From Candidatus Woesearchaeota archaeon (GTDB lineage Archaea > Nanobdellota > Nanobdellia > SCGC-AAA011-G17 > GW2011-AR17): 53,977 bases of DNA. Positions 34,095 through 43,130 of the stretch are shown here, piece by piece. The position numbers were made by a program, and so were the translations under genes. Below the pieces are notes generated by a model. That model was not told where the DNA came from. It did not search any database and saw only the letters and a list, made by a program, of their open reading frames with translations. Each line of letters starts with the position of its first letter. Position 1 is the stretch's first letter. The stretch is from the NCBI GenBank assembly GCA_043818535.1, contig JBDRFS010000057.1:1-53977 (forward strand), given 5' to 3'.

Positions 34095-34365
34095 CAACCA
34101 ACCCTTGAGCGGCTCCGCCGCTGGCGGTCGCTACGCCCCCTTCACTGCGTGGGAAAGGCCATTACTGTTCATGCTAAAGTATGCAATAAATATGGAATTG
34201 CTCACCATTGTAGTTGAGCGAGGCCGCCCTCTCAGACCTTTCAGCCTGCGCCATATAGATATCATTTGAAAAATGTGGTGTCCAAAGCTTAATGTCCTTT
34301 TTTAGCTTGCCACCAATTACCTCAAAAAATTTAATAATCCCATAAACAGAAAACAAAAGAAGCAA
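34095..34365 (-). pseudogene. Decayed 3' fragment of a DGR target gene (VR3 remnant at 34133-34221)
   Basis: It encodes ...KKDIKLWTPHFSNDIYMAQAERSERAASLNYNGEQFHIYCIL*, homologous to the VP1 tail. Relative to the TR, the VR has a 1-nt insertion, an in-frame stop and several non-adenine substitutions. Confidence 0.75.
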
Positions 34366-34387
34366 AACGTGCTGCTAATAAAAAAAA
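34339..34387 (-). terminator. Recurring T-rich 3'-end element (copy C)
   Basis: The plus strand reads CCCATAAACAGAAAACAAAAGAAGCAAAACGTGCTGCTAATAAAAAAAA and abuts the stop at 34388. It is about 85-90 percent identical to copy D at 46083-46133. Confidence 0.3.
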
Positions 34388-34651
34388 TCAAACAATGTCT
34401 TCTTCAGCCACTACTACAAAGTCCCCAACAGCAATCACAGCGCTATAGGGCACCAAAAGCTGGCCGGTCTTGTCCTTCTCAAGGTCAAGGTTATCAACAT
34501 AAGAAGTCATTCCCTTAAGCACGACATTTATCAGCTCACCAGTTCTTACTTCAAAAGCGAGATTTCCTACCTCGCCTAGCTTCTTTCCTGACTTTGTGAC
34601 AACTACCTTACCTATAAGCTGCCTTGAATATTTCTTCTCTTCTTCTGGCAT
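34388..34651 (-). CDS. PRC-barrel domain protein
   Basis: 87 aa containing GKVVVTKSGKKLGEVGNLAFEVRTGELINVVL...LLVPYSAVIAVGDFVVV. Confidence 0.62.
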   Translation of the reverse strand: MPEEEKKYSRQLIGKVVVTKSGKKLGEVGNLAFEVRTGELINVVLKGMTSYVDNLDLEKDKTGQLLVPYSAVIAVGDFVVVAEEDIV

Positions 34652-34717
34652 ATAAGTTCCCCCCTTTAATGAGTTATACTATAAATCTATAATCCCCTCA
34701 TTTATAAAGTTTTCTGG

Positions 34718-35011
34718 TTAACTCCCAGCAAGATCTTCTACCTTCTCGGCCACATCACCTATAGCATTTGTACTGAAGCTTTCCTCAAAAGCATCCTTCA
34801 CAGCTGCTCCGGTCATATCTGTAAGGCCCTTGCCCGTGTCAAGAAGGTCGCCCACATCAACATAAAGATTGAGGGCAAAGAGCCCAACTATAAACAATAC
34901 AATAACTAGAACATACTTGAATCCCTTCCTTACCATGTGGTGCTTGAAGTTCTTGACCGCCATTACCAGCAGTATTACTCCAAGACCCAAGGCAATTAAA
35001 GCCATAAGCAT
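34718..35011 (-). CDS. Small two-TM membrane protein
   Basis: 97 aa with two hydrophobic helices followed by an acidic tail. Confidence 0.45.
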   Translation of the reverse strand: MLMALIALGLGVILLVMAVKNFKHHMVRKGFKYVLVIVLFIVGLFALNLYVDVGDLLDTGKGLTDMTGAAVKDAFEESFSTNAIGDVAEKVEDLAGS

Positions 35012-35045
35012 AAGAAATAATAAGGGCTTGCTGTTTAAATATTTT

Positions 35046-36137
35046 TCACTTCTTTATGTGGACTGTATGCGTTGGGAAAGGTATCCCTATCTTAGCCTTG
35101 TTTAATGCCTTGTATATCTTGTCAGTTGCTTCAAGCTGCACCTGGTAGCCATCCCTGTAGTCATCCACCCAAAGCTTGCAGACGAACTTTAATGAAGAAT
35201 CTCCCATTTCCAGGAATTCCACTAAGGGCTCCGGGGACTTCATTACTTTCTTTATTCCACTGGCTGCCTTAAGCACAACCTTCTTTACCCTGTCCGGATT
35301 AGAGCCATATTCCACGCCAAAGTTGACTTTTATCCTAACCTTCGGATCAGGCAAGACAAAATTCTGTATCTTAGAGTTCGCCAACTGCCCGTTTGGAATA
35401 AGTATGATTTCGTTGTCGTATGTCTTTAGCCTGGTGCTTCTAAGGCCGACATCCTCTACTACTCCAGTTTCCCCGGATTCCACTTTTATCTTGTCCCCAA
35501 CTTTGAAAGCCTTGTCAAGGATTAAGGAAATGCCCCCAAATATGTTTGCCAGGCTGTCCTTCACTGCAAATCCTATGGCAATTCCTGCTATGCCTACGCC
35601 TGCCAAAAGGCCGGTAATGTTAATCCCCCAGGCACTGAAGATGGCTAGCACTCCAAAGATTGAAAAGACTATCTTTGAGAACTTGTGGAAGATTGGCAAA
35701 AGCTCGTCATCTAATGTTGATTCTGTCTTGCTTGCCCATACGCTCCCCCAGGAGTTTATAAGGATGTCCGCAACTCTTATGACTATCAGCGTTATGAGGA
35801 TTATTGCTATGCTCCCGGCAATCTTTTGCAAGTAGCCCATGACCGCCTCTGGGAATCCCAATGGGATGAATGCTATGTAAAATCCTATTGTTAGGAAGAG
35901 ATAATAAACAGGACCTTTTGTCTTTGCTATTATCCTGTCATCAATGTCTGTCTTGGTCTTTCCAGCTAGTTTTTGCACTATTTTTTCTATTATCAATTCA
36001 AGGACTTTTGAGAATATGAGAGTAACGATTATTATTGCGAAGAAAGAGAAAAGCTTGTGCTCAAATATGAAGCCGTAATCTCCTGCCATTCCTGCAAGCT
36101 TATCCGTAAGTATGTTGAAACCTTGTATTGCATCCAT
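35046..36137 (-). CDS. Small-conductance mechanosensitive channel (MscS family)
   Basis: TM region followed by IFGGISLILDKAFKVGDKIKV...GVVEDVGLRSTRLKTYDNEIILIPNG. Confidence 0.85.
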   Translation of the reverse strand: MDAIQGFNILTDKLAGMAGDYGFIFEHKLFSFFAIIIVTLIFSKVLELIIEKIVQKLAGKTKTDIDDRIIAKTKGPVYYLFLTIGFYIAFIPLGFPEAVMGYLQKIAGSIAIILITLIVIRVADILINSWGSVWASKTESTLDDELLPIFHKFSKIVFSIFGVLAIFSAWGINITGLLAGVGIAGIAIGFAVKDSLANIFGGISLILDKAFKVGDKIKVESGETGVVEDVGLRSTRLKTYDNEIILIPNGQLANSKIQNFVLPDPKVRIKVNFGVEYGSNPDRVKKVVLKAASGIKKVMKSPEPLVEFLEMGDSSLKFVCKLWVDDYRDGYQVQLEATDKIYKALNKAKIGIPFPTHTVHIKK

Positions 36138-36185
36138 AGGATAAAGAGGATTTTATGTTTCTTATAAACTTTACGGATTCTTTTA

Positions 36186-36262
36186 GGAAGCCTGCAACGC
36201 CCCTCTTGCTGCAGAAGAAAGCATTGCGATCTACTGGCACATAAGATGCAATGCTGGCTTCC
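36186..36262. ncRNA. Candidate 77-nt Y-shaped structured element (strand undetermined)
   Basis: An outer 7-bp stem GGAAGCC/GGCTTCC encloses two hairpins. One is CTGCA(A/G)C...G(T)TGCAG, 5-7 bp depending on strand because of a G-U pair. The other is AGCATTGC...GCAATGCT, 8 bp. It forms a GC-rich island in an AT-rich spacer. Confidence 0.25.
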
Positions 36263-36387
36263 AAAGAAAATCATGGAATAAACGGCGGAAAAAATATCTG
36301 GACTATAGACCGCAAAATCCAAAAAAAACAAAAGAGTTTACAAATTACGCTTGTTACAAAAAAATAGGATGTGTTATATCTAACATA

Positions 36388-37026
36388 TCAACATCTTAAC
36401 CATATTTCCCTTATTTCTGCTTTAATTTTATATTTGTTCAATAATTTTCTCAAATCCTGAAGCTCTTCATTTTTAACAAGTACTGCATTAGGAGCAAGTT
36501 TTATTCCTTGGATTTTCTCCAACATCCCGCCATAGGCATAATCCTTTTTCTGGCGTCTAATTCTGTAGCCAAATAATCTCCTTAAAAAGTCCATTTTGGC
36601 CCTGTTGGTTTTTCCAGCAAGACTATAAGTTACTAAGGAATAATGGCCTATACTTGCCGGATACTCCCTAAATCTGTCAAAAAGAACTAGACCATGACTT
36701 ATAATTTCTTCTCTTAATTCCTTCCAAGTGTCACTTTTAAGATCACCAACAAAAAATCTAATTGGCAAAGGTTTAAATTTCAATGCCCAGTCGTGTTCAG
36801 CCTTAATTTCGAATCTTGCCAACGTTTTCCTTATTTGAGATTCAAGGACTTTTGATTCAGAGGGGTTTTTTGGCTCAATAAACAAGTCTATATCACTTTT
36901 TCCGTCAGAATCTCCTCTGACCACAGAGCCAAAAAGAAGCACTTTACTTATTTTAAGTTCCAGGGTTTCAAATAAGAATGATAAAAAGTCATAAGTGTAG
37001 GCAATTATTTCATTCTTATTTATCAT
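36388..37026 (-). CDS. Nucleotidyltransferase-domain (MNT/Pol-beta-fold) protein
   Basis: Contains LLFGSVVRGDSDGKSDIDLFI (GS...DxD). I chose ATG 37026 (MINKNE), which overlaps the upstream ORF stop in ATGATAAATAA. Confidence 0.72.
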   Translation of the reverse strand: MINKNEIIAYTYDFLSFLFETLELKISKVLLFGSVVRGDSDGKSDIDLFIEPKNPSESKVLESQIRKTLARFEIKAEHDWALKFKPLPIRFFVGDLKSDTWKELREEIISHGLVLFDRFREYPASIGHYSLVTYSLAGKTNRAKMDFLRRLFGYRIRRQKKDYAYGGMLEKIQGIKLAPNAVLVKNEELQDLRKLLNKYKIKAEIREIWLRC

Positions 37027-37498
37027 ATTTTTCCCCCAATTCATCCAAGATACATTTTTTAAGTTTGTAAAAATTGGCAACTGCATCTTCTGATATCTTT
37101 GCTTCTTTGTCTTTACCATAGCAAAGTTTTTCCCTTAATTCTTCCTGCTTAGTAAGGAGATTTAATATCTTTTTCTTTTTAGGGAAATCAAAAGCATATT
37201 GTTTTAGGGCTATTTGAATAGAGGCAAAATGCCTATGGTTAATATGCGCTCCTGGAGAAATTAAATTTATCTTGTGGAGAAAAAAAGCAAACATGTTTGC
37301 TGCTGCTTCTGATGTTGCAAAGCCTATAATTTTCTGTCTAGAGCAAAGCAGGCCAGCCCTTATTTTTTCATTTATGTCTTCTTCTAATTCTTTGACTATT
37401 TTCCTGTGTTCTTCCAGTGTAGTCATATAAATTTGGAAGGTAGCCGGCTTTTTATACTTTTCTGTTACCCATAACATATTATTTGTTATTTGCAACAT
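37016..37498 (-). CDS. Helical protein, putative partner of the nucleotidyltransferase (HEPN-like, not verified)
   Basis: 160-aa predicted helical ORF overlapping the NTase gene start by 11 nt. I could not find a clear Rx4-6H motif. Confidence 0.4.
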   Translation of the reverse strand: MLQITNNMLWVTEKYKKPATFQIYMTTLEEHRKIVKELEEDINEKIRAGLLCSRQKIIGFATSEAAANMFAFFLHKINLISPGAHINHRHFASIQIALKQYAFDFPKKKKILNLLTKQEELREKLCYGKDKEAKISEDAVANFYKLKKCILDELGEKYDK

Positions 37499-37600
37499 AA
37501 TTTGTAAGCAAGAGATGATTTTCCGTTAGAAGGCTTAGCTGCAAGGTTTAGGCGCTTAGTCCAGAATAATTGGAGGCATTCTGCAAAAAAAATCAAAAAT

Positions 37601-37638
37601 CCATAAACAGCAGCAAAAGAAAACAATCCAGCTTCTAA
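37601..37638 (-). terminator. Recurring T-rich 3'-end element (copy E, more divergent)
   Basis: The plus strand reads CCATAAACAGCAGCAAAAGAAAACAATCCAGCTTCTAA and abuts the serS stop at 37639. Confidence 0.25.
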
Positions 37639-38904
37639 CTACTTAAGAACCTCAACACTATTCATGTAAGGGATCAGCACTTTGGGAACATTAACACTGC
37701 CATCCTTCTGCTGAAAGTTTTCAAGAATTGCAACTATAGCCCTGCCAACAGCAAGCGCAGTTGCATTCAAGGTGTGCAGAACCTCCTTTTCTCCGCCTTC
37801 CTTGCCTGCCTTTATGTTAAGCCTCCTTGCCTGATAGTCTGTACAATTACTGCAGCTACCCATCTCTCCATACTTCTTCTGCCTTGGAAGCCATGCTTCG
37901 ATATCATACTTTTTTGCAGCCACTATCCCAATATCCCCTGTACAGATGTTGACAACCCTGTAAGGTATTTCAAGCATCTGGAAAAGCTCTTCTGCATTTT
38001 TGATCAATTCCTCATGAAATCTCCAGGAATCTTCTGGCTTGCAAAAAATGAACTGCTCAATTTTGTAGAACTGGTGCCTCCTAAACAATCCTTTAGTGTC
38101 AATGCCCCTGCTGCCTATTTCCTTCCTGAAGCACGGGCTGAATCCGGCCAGCTTAACAGGGAGTCTTTCCATGGTTTCATTCATATACATTGCAGCCATA
38201 GGGTGCTCTGAGGTTGCTATCAAATATTCATCATCATTCTCAATCTTGTACATAACATCCTCAAAGTCTGCTAAATCTGTGACGCCCTCATAGGGCTTTT
38301 TCCTGATCATTAGGGGAACTTCCACCAAGTCGTACCCCCTCTTTGTCAGGAAGTCAATCGCAAACCTCATCAATGCCTGGGATAATAATGCTAACTGACC
38401 CTTTAGGATATAAAATCCTGCTCCGGAAATCTTAACACTCCTCTCAAAGTCTGAGCCTAAGGCTTCTACGATTTCCACGTGGCTCTTTAGTTCGAAGTCA
38501 AAATCCCTTATCTTCCCCCAGTTCCTTATTTCAACATTTTCTTCATCACTTTCACCATAGGGGACTGATTCGTGGAGCATGTTTGGAAGCCGCATTAGGT
38601 TGTTATCAAGCTTTTCTTTAAGCTCTGTTTCCTGATCTTCTGCTTCTTTTAGCTTTATTGGGAGTTGCTTGGCTTTTTTAATGAATACTTCTGCCTTTTT
38701 CCCTTCTTTTTTTGCTTTGTTAATTTCTAAATTTGCCTTGTTCCTTTCTGAGCGAAGGTTGTCTGCTTCTAGCTTGAGCTTTTTCCATTTCTCGTCAAGC
38801 TTTATTGTTTCATCTAGAAGTGCAATTATTTCAGCATCCTTCCTTCTTTCAAGGTTTTTCCTCACTTCTTCTGGCTTTTCCCGGATTAGGTTTATGTCTA
38901 GCAT
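37639..38904 (-). CDS. serS: Seryl-tRNA synthetase
   Basis: Starts MLDINLIREKPEEVRKNLERR, with an N-terminal coiled-coil arm and a class II core (FRKEIGS..., GEMGSCSNCTDYQARR). Confidence 0.95.
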   Translation of the reverse strand: MLDINLIREKPEEVRKNLERRKDAEIIALLDETIKLDEKWKKLKLEADNLRSERNKANLEINKAKKEGKKAEVFIKKAKQLPIKLKEAEDQETELKEKLDNNLMRLPNMLHESVPYGESDEENVEIRNWGKIRDFDFELKSHVEIVEALGSDFERSVKISGAGFYILKGQLALLSQALMRFAIDFLTKRGYDLVEVPLMIRKKPYEGVTDLADFEDVMYKIENDDEYLIATSEHPMAAMYMNETMERLPVKLAGFSPCFRKEIGSRGIDTKGLFRRHQFYKIEQFIFCKPEDSWRFHEELIKNAEELFQMLEIPYRVVNICTGDIGIVAAKKYDIEAWLPRQKKYGEMGSCSNCTDYQARRLNIKAGKEGGEKEVLHTLNATALAVGRAIVAILENFQQKDGSVNVPKVLIPYMNSVEVLK

Positions 38905-38953
38905 TTTTCCTCTTTAGTTATAGTATGTGCTATATTTAAATGCTTTTTCCTCC

Positions 38954-39697
38954 TTAAGTTTGTTTTAATTCCTTTTTAGGAACGTTAAGTCCAATGAAAC
39001 AGCCACCATAATTAAGAGGATAATGGCCAAGAAGATTGGCGTAGTTGTAGCAGCCAATATTTGAGTAATTATAGTAAAGATGGGTGTGGTTGTAGTAGTA
39101 AAAGTAGTCTAGGAACGCAAGACGCCCTATAGGCTCATCCCTAAAATCACCAGTATGCCTAACACCAATCTTTTTACCACAGACTTCCTCATGCTTCTCA
39201 AGATATTGCCTTGCCCTTTCTTCCCCGCCAATGAAAGGAATAACCATAGGATGCCGCAAAGCATCCCTAACATATATCTCACCATTATCAAATTTTCTTA
39301 GTTTATCATAATCAACAACAAAAACACTCTTGTTATCTTCCATTCTAACAAGCCTGTAAAATTCCTCTTTAGGAAAAACTGCACCACGATTATTCTTTCT
39401 AAAGTCAGGATGGTTAATAGCTTCTCTTATATTCTCAGGATTACAAAGAAAATTATCACAATGAGCATAAACAACTTTCTTTTTTCCATCCTTACCAAAG
39501 CCAGTAACTATAGCAGAAACTGTAGTATATCTATTCCGCCAGACTTCATGACTTTTATCCTTATCTATTCTTACATCAATAAGTTCAGGCATAAACATAG
39601 ATCTATAACCTTTGCTCAAGCAAACCTCAAGAGCAACAGGAATATCCTTACCATAAAAAGATTTTGTGTCTTGTTCAATAACTTTTTGAATTTCCAT
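38954..39697 (-). CDS. Hypothetical protein with a Tyr/Asn/His-rich C-terminal tail
   Basis: 247 aa. The tail reads FLDYFYYYNHTHLYYNYSNIGCYNYANLLGHYPLNYGGCFIGLNV. Confidence 0.5.
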   Translation of the reverse strand: MEIQKVIEQDTKSFYGKDIPVALEVCLSKGYRSMFMPELIDVRIDKDKSHEVWRNRYTTVSAIVTGFGKDGKKKVVYAHCDNFLCNPENIREAINHPDFRKNNRGAVFPKEEFYRLVRMEDNKSVFVVDYDKLRKFDNGEIYVRDALRHPMVIPFIGGEERARQYLEKHEEVCGKKIGVRHTGDFRDEPIGRLAFLDYFYYYNHTHLYYNYSNIGCYNYANLLGHYPLNYGGCFIGLNVPKKELKQT

Positions 39698-39721
39698 TTT
39701 CTTCCCCCTTATTTGTTTTAT

Positions 39722-40327
39722 TCATTTAATCTTACAATTTAGCCAATCTCTCATAGGAATACCGTTTATTTGTTTCTGTATTCCTGCCCCTAAAGAATAA
39801 TAAAACATTTTCTTGTACTTAGCATTATCTGGTTCTATGTTAAGAGTACGCTTCAAACAAAAAATCTTTGTATCAATATTTTCTGTAGGAATAAAAAATT
39901 CCTCAAATGTTATAAACTTAAAAAATCCTCTACTTATAATTGCAGTAGCAAAATCATATAAAGCTTGAGGGTCATTCAGATTAACTTTGTATACTTTTGT
40001 TAATTCTTCTTCATAATCGTCTGGGGTTGTGTTAGGCCACTCATATGGTTCATATATTTCTTCATATATTTCTATAGATTTATCTAAGTCTCCATTGTGA
40101 GCATATGCTCTCCCGAGGCTAAAAAACAAGTCCTGTTTCAGCTTGTAACACTTCCCAAACATAGTCTGCCCCCTTCCCGCTCTAAAAACACTTGTTCCAT
40201 TATATTTCTTAATCATTTTTTCAATCTGATCTATAAGTAATGGATTCCCTGGCCCATCGAGAAGTTTTTTTTGAATAATATCATCTAGTCTCTTGCAAAT
40301 TGTTTTTATTCTTTTATCACATATCAT
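39722..40327 (-). CDS. Hypothetical protein (possible TPR-like helical repeats)
   Basis: I chose ATG 40327 (MICDKR) because a GGAGG lies 5-6 nt upstream. The longest ORF (40426) would leave only 11 nt to the divergent gene. Confidence 0.5.
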   Translation of the reverse strand: MICDKRIKTICKRLDDIIQKKLLDGPGNPLLIDQIEKMIKKYNGTSVFRAGRGQTMFGKCYKLKQDLFFSLGRAYAHNGDLDKSIEIYEEIYEPYEWPNTTPDDYEEELTKVYKVNLNDPQALYDFATAIISRGFFKFITFEEFFIPTENIDTKIFCLKRTLNIEPDNAKYKKMFYYSLGAGIQKQINGIPMRDWLNCKIK

Positions 40328-40437
40328 TTTCTTCCTCCTGCGCCTAAAGACGCTGAAAAAAGGATACAACAACATCTTAATATAGGATATGACAAAAAAT
40401 AGTAAATTATATAAAGTTTGAAACATTTAAGGAATAT

Positions 40438-41082
40438 ATGAAAAATATAAACAAAGAAACATGGCGCTACATAGACAACAACATAGCAGTAAAAAAGAAC
40501 CTGCTAGACGGAATAGTAAACAGCAGGGCGCTTGCAAAGAAAATCATAAAAGAACTTAAGATAAACGGCTCATTAAACGCAGTAGTAAGCGCAATCAGGA
40601 GATATGAAGGAAAAGCTGAAGAAAAGGAGAACCTTGCGAAGAAATACAGCCTCCTAAAAAAGTCAAGGCTTTCAACAAAAACAAAACTCGCTTCTATCCT
40701 GCTAACCAAAACAGCAAACACAAGAAAGAAACTCGCTGAACTTTACACCAAGATAGATCCCCAATCCGGAGAGACACTAAGAGTATTTGAAGTCGCAGCT
40801 AACATCAAGATAATTATAGATGAAAAAAACTTAAAGCCTGTAGAAAGTATTTTTACAACACAGGAAATCGTAGGAAAAGAAAAGAACATCGGCGAGCTAA
40901 ATATTACCTACAGTTCTGACATAACCACGGTTCCAGGAGTCTTTGCCCTTCTCTCTAATGAGCTTGCCGCCAATGACATAAGCATAATAGACTCCATGAT
41001 TTGCCACCAAGAACACATAATCATAGTCAGCGAAAAGGATATTAAGAGAGCCTTTGATGTAATTTTCACTCTTCTTCACTAA
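40438..41082 (+). CDS. ACT-domain-containing protein
   Basis: The C-terminal VPGVFALLSNELAANDISIIDSMICHQEHIIIVSEKDIKRAFDVI resembles an ACT fold. Confidence 0.55.
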   Translation: MKNINKETWRYIDNNIAVKKNLLDGIVNSRALAKKIIKELKINGSLNAVVSAIRRYEGKAEEKENLAKKYSLLKKSRLSTKTKLASILLTKTANTRKKLAELYTKIDPQSGETLRVFEVAANIKIIIDEKNLKPVESIFTTQEIVGKEKNIGELNITYSSDITTVPGVFALLSNELAANDISIIDSMICHQEHIIIVSEKDIKRAFDVIFTLLH

Positions 41083-41217
41083 ACCAGAATTAAGAAAGCT
41101 TTAAAAACCGATTGATATTTCCAGTTTAATGTAGGGGTTTCAAAGCGTCTCAATGAGAAAAGTTTATATATAAGAAGTAAAATATATATCATAACATAAC
41201 AATTGGGGGATATACAA

Positions 41218-41493
41218 ATGCAAAAAAAAACCAAAGACATCTTCGAGGTTTTTTTTAGGAAAAAACCCGCACTAATTCTCATCTCGCTAAGAAAGCACCA
41301 AAAGCACAAGTATGGCAGCGTTCTTGCAAAAGAAGCAGACTGCACCTATTCGCATGCCGTCAAGATCCTTCAAGACATGGAAAAGTCAAAGCTTATAACA
41401 TTCGAGAAGCAAGGAAGGATAAAGACCATAGTCTTAACAGAAAAAGGGGAGAAAGTTGCGGAATACATAGAGAAGATAAGATCTATTCTTTGA
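41218..41493 (+). CDS. Small winged-HTH regulator
   Basis: Contains ...KYGSVLAKEADCTYSHAVKILQDMEKSKLITFEKQGRIKTIVLTEKGEKVAEYI. I chose ATG 41218, because the track start at 41203 is TTG. Confidence 0.55.
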   Translation: MQKKTKDIFEVFFRKKPALILISLRKHQKHKYGSVLAKEADCTYSHAVKILQDMEKSKLITFEKQGRIKTIVLTEKGEKVAEYIEKIRSIL

Positions 41494-42408
41494 TTATTCC
41501 CTAAATTCTACAGAATCCATTATCCCATCAGAATCGGCGTCGTATCCTTCAACAACCCTTGCTATCTTTCCCGACCGGGAAGCAGAAACTTCTTCCGTAT
41601 ATTTTATAAGTGCTATCACAGCAGCCTTTGTCCCCTTAAACCTCTTGCCGCCTATAACCAGAATAGAAGCGTTTTTGTTAAGAGGGTTTCTTATCTTTGC
41701 AATCATCCCGCACTCATCCGCATGATAAGTCTTCTTAGATTTTTTTGATCTGAGTGCCCAGTTCTTCTCCTCATCAAAATATATCGGAAGGCTATCATTC
41801 AACTGGTTTGTTATCCTATTAACTCTAGGACCCCCAACAATAATCAGGTTCTTTGTTAAGTCCTCTGATCTCATGTCAACATCCATCTTTACTGTTATCT
41901 TTGGTGTTTCGTTAAGGAACATGCCAAGGAAAAGAGCAAGGTCAATTGCCAAATAACCATCCCTCCCCCTAACTTTTTTGGGGCCATGAGGTTCAGGGCT
42001 GCTAACAACAATAAGCGCATTAAACTTCCCATTCTCTATGAATGGCTCAAGCAGTGCCGCATAGCTTTCTTTCATATCTGGAAGCCTGAAAGATTCCCTG
42101 AAGTCCTTGAATCTCACAAAGAAAGAAGGCTTTGAAAGCGCATATATGTTGATCACAATGCCATTCCTGGTTTCCTCCCTCACTTTCTTGATTATTGAGG
42201 CCTGTTCAAGCTTCCTTATGTGGTAGTAGACTTTCTGCTCGTTAACCTTAAGCTTCTTGGCAATTGCAAGAGGATAATTCTCACCAGAAGAGAGTGTCCT
42301 GATTATTCTCATTGCCAGGGCTGAACCAAGGGACTTAAGCTGGGATGCTGAAGCCTCACTTGTGGCTATATGTTCAAGCTTCCCATTCAAATTTCTTACG
42401 ACATCCAT
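41494..42408 (-). CDS. ArsR-like HTH protein with a large uncharacterised C-terminal domain
   Basis: The N-terminus reads MRIIRTLSSGENYPLAIAKKLKVNEQKVYYHIRKLEQASIIKKVRE. Confidence 0.55.
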   Translation of the reverse strand: MDVVRNLNGKLEHIATSEASASQLKSLGSALAMRIIRTLSSGENYPLAIAKKLKVNEQKVYYHIRKLEQASIIKKVREETRNGIVINIYALSKPSFFVRFKDFRESFRLPDMKESYAALLEPFIENGKFNALIVVSSPEPHGPKKVRGRDGYLAIDLALFLGMFLNETPKITVKMDVDMRSEDLTKNLIIVGGPRVNRITNQLNDSLPIYFDEEKNWALRSKKSKKTYHADECGMIAKIRNPLNKNASILVIGGKRFKGTKAAVIALIKYTEEVSASRSGKIARVVEGYDADSDGIMDSVEFRE

Positions 42409-42482
42409 ATTAAAAAAAATATTTTAATATTCCTAAAATTATTTTAGTAAAGGTTATATATAAGCTTTGTGTAAAAACAGTT

Positions 42483-43130
42483 ATGTTAAAGGCAGTGATA
42501 CTCGACATGGATGGGGTAATAGTCGATAGTGAGCCGATTAGGGAGGAAGTACACAGGCTTCTCGGAAAAGAGTTTGGTTATAGGCTGAAGAAAGAAGATT
42601 GGGATACCATCAGGGGCAAGACCGCAGAAGCAAACATAAAGTACCTTATAAGGAAATATGCGCCCAATGTATCTTACGAATACTTTACAAAGAGGAAAGA
42701 TGAGATTTTTGACTCCATGCTGCACAAGATAAAGGCCTTTTCAGGGTTTGAAAGGTTTATGAATAGAATCAAGGGCCACAAAGTAACTGTAGCTACTTCC
42801 AGCACAAGGAAGAATGCCGAGGCAGTACTTAAGTTATGTAAGATAAGGCACCATTTTGAGATTATAGTCACCGGCTGCGATGTAAGAAACAGCAAGCCGC
42901 ATCCTGAGGCATTTTTGAAGGCTGCAAAAAAGCTCAAAGTGGATCCTAAAGAGTGCGTGGTAGTTGAAGACAGCATAAATGGGGTAAAGGCCGCAAAGGC
43001 AGCGGGCATGAAAGTTATTGCAGTAACCACTTCCCACAAGAAAAAAGAGCTTATGGAAGCAGATCTAATAACAAGAGATATAGGTTCAATAACAAAATCA
43101 ATGTTGGGATCTTTAGGAGGGGAGGCATAA
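42483..43130 (+). CDS. HAD-superfamily hydrolase (beta-phosphoglucomutase-like subfamily IA)
   Basis: Contains DMDGVIVDSEP (DxDG), TSS and VVVEDSINGVKAAKAAGM. Confidence 0.85.
   Translation: MLKAVILDMDGVIVDSEPIREEVHRLLGKEFGYRLKKEDWDTIRGKTAEANIKYLIRKYAPNVSYEYFTKRKDEIFDSMLHKIKAFSGFERFMNRIKGHKVTVATSSTRKNAEAVLKLCKIRHHFEIIVTGCDVRNSKPHPEAFLKAAKKLKVDPKECVVVEDSINGVKAAKAAGMKVIAVTTSHKKKELMEADLITRDIGSITKSMLGSLGGEA

Noticed and set aside
36186-36262. The 77-nt element with a 7-bp closing stem might be a tRNA.
   Set aside because: On neither strand do the internal helices fit D, anticodon and T arms. There is an 8-bp stem with a 20-nt loop directly abutting the acceptor-like stem, and no GG in a D-loop or GTTC-type T-loop.
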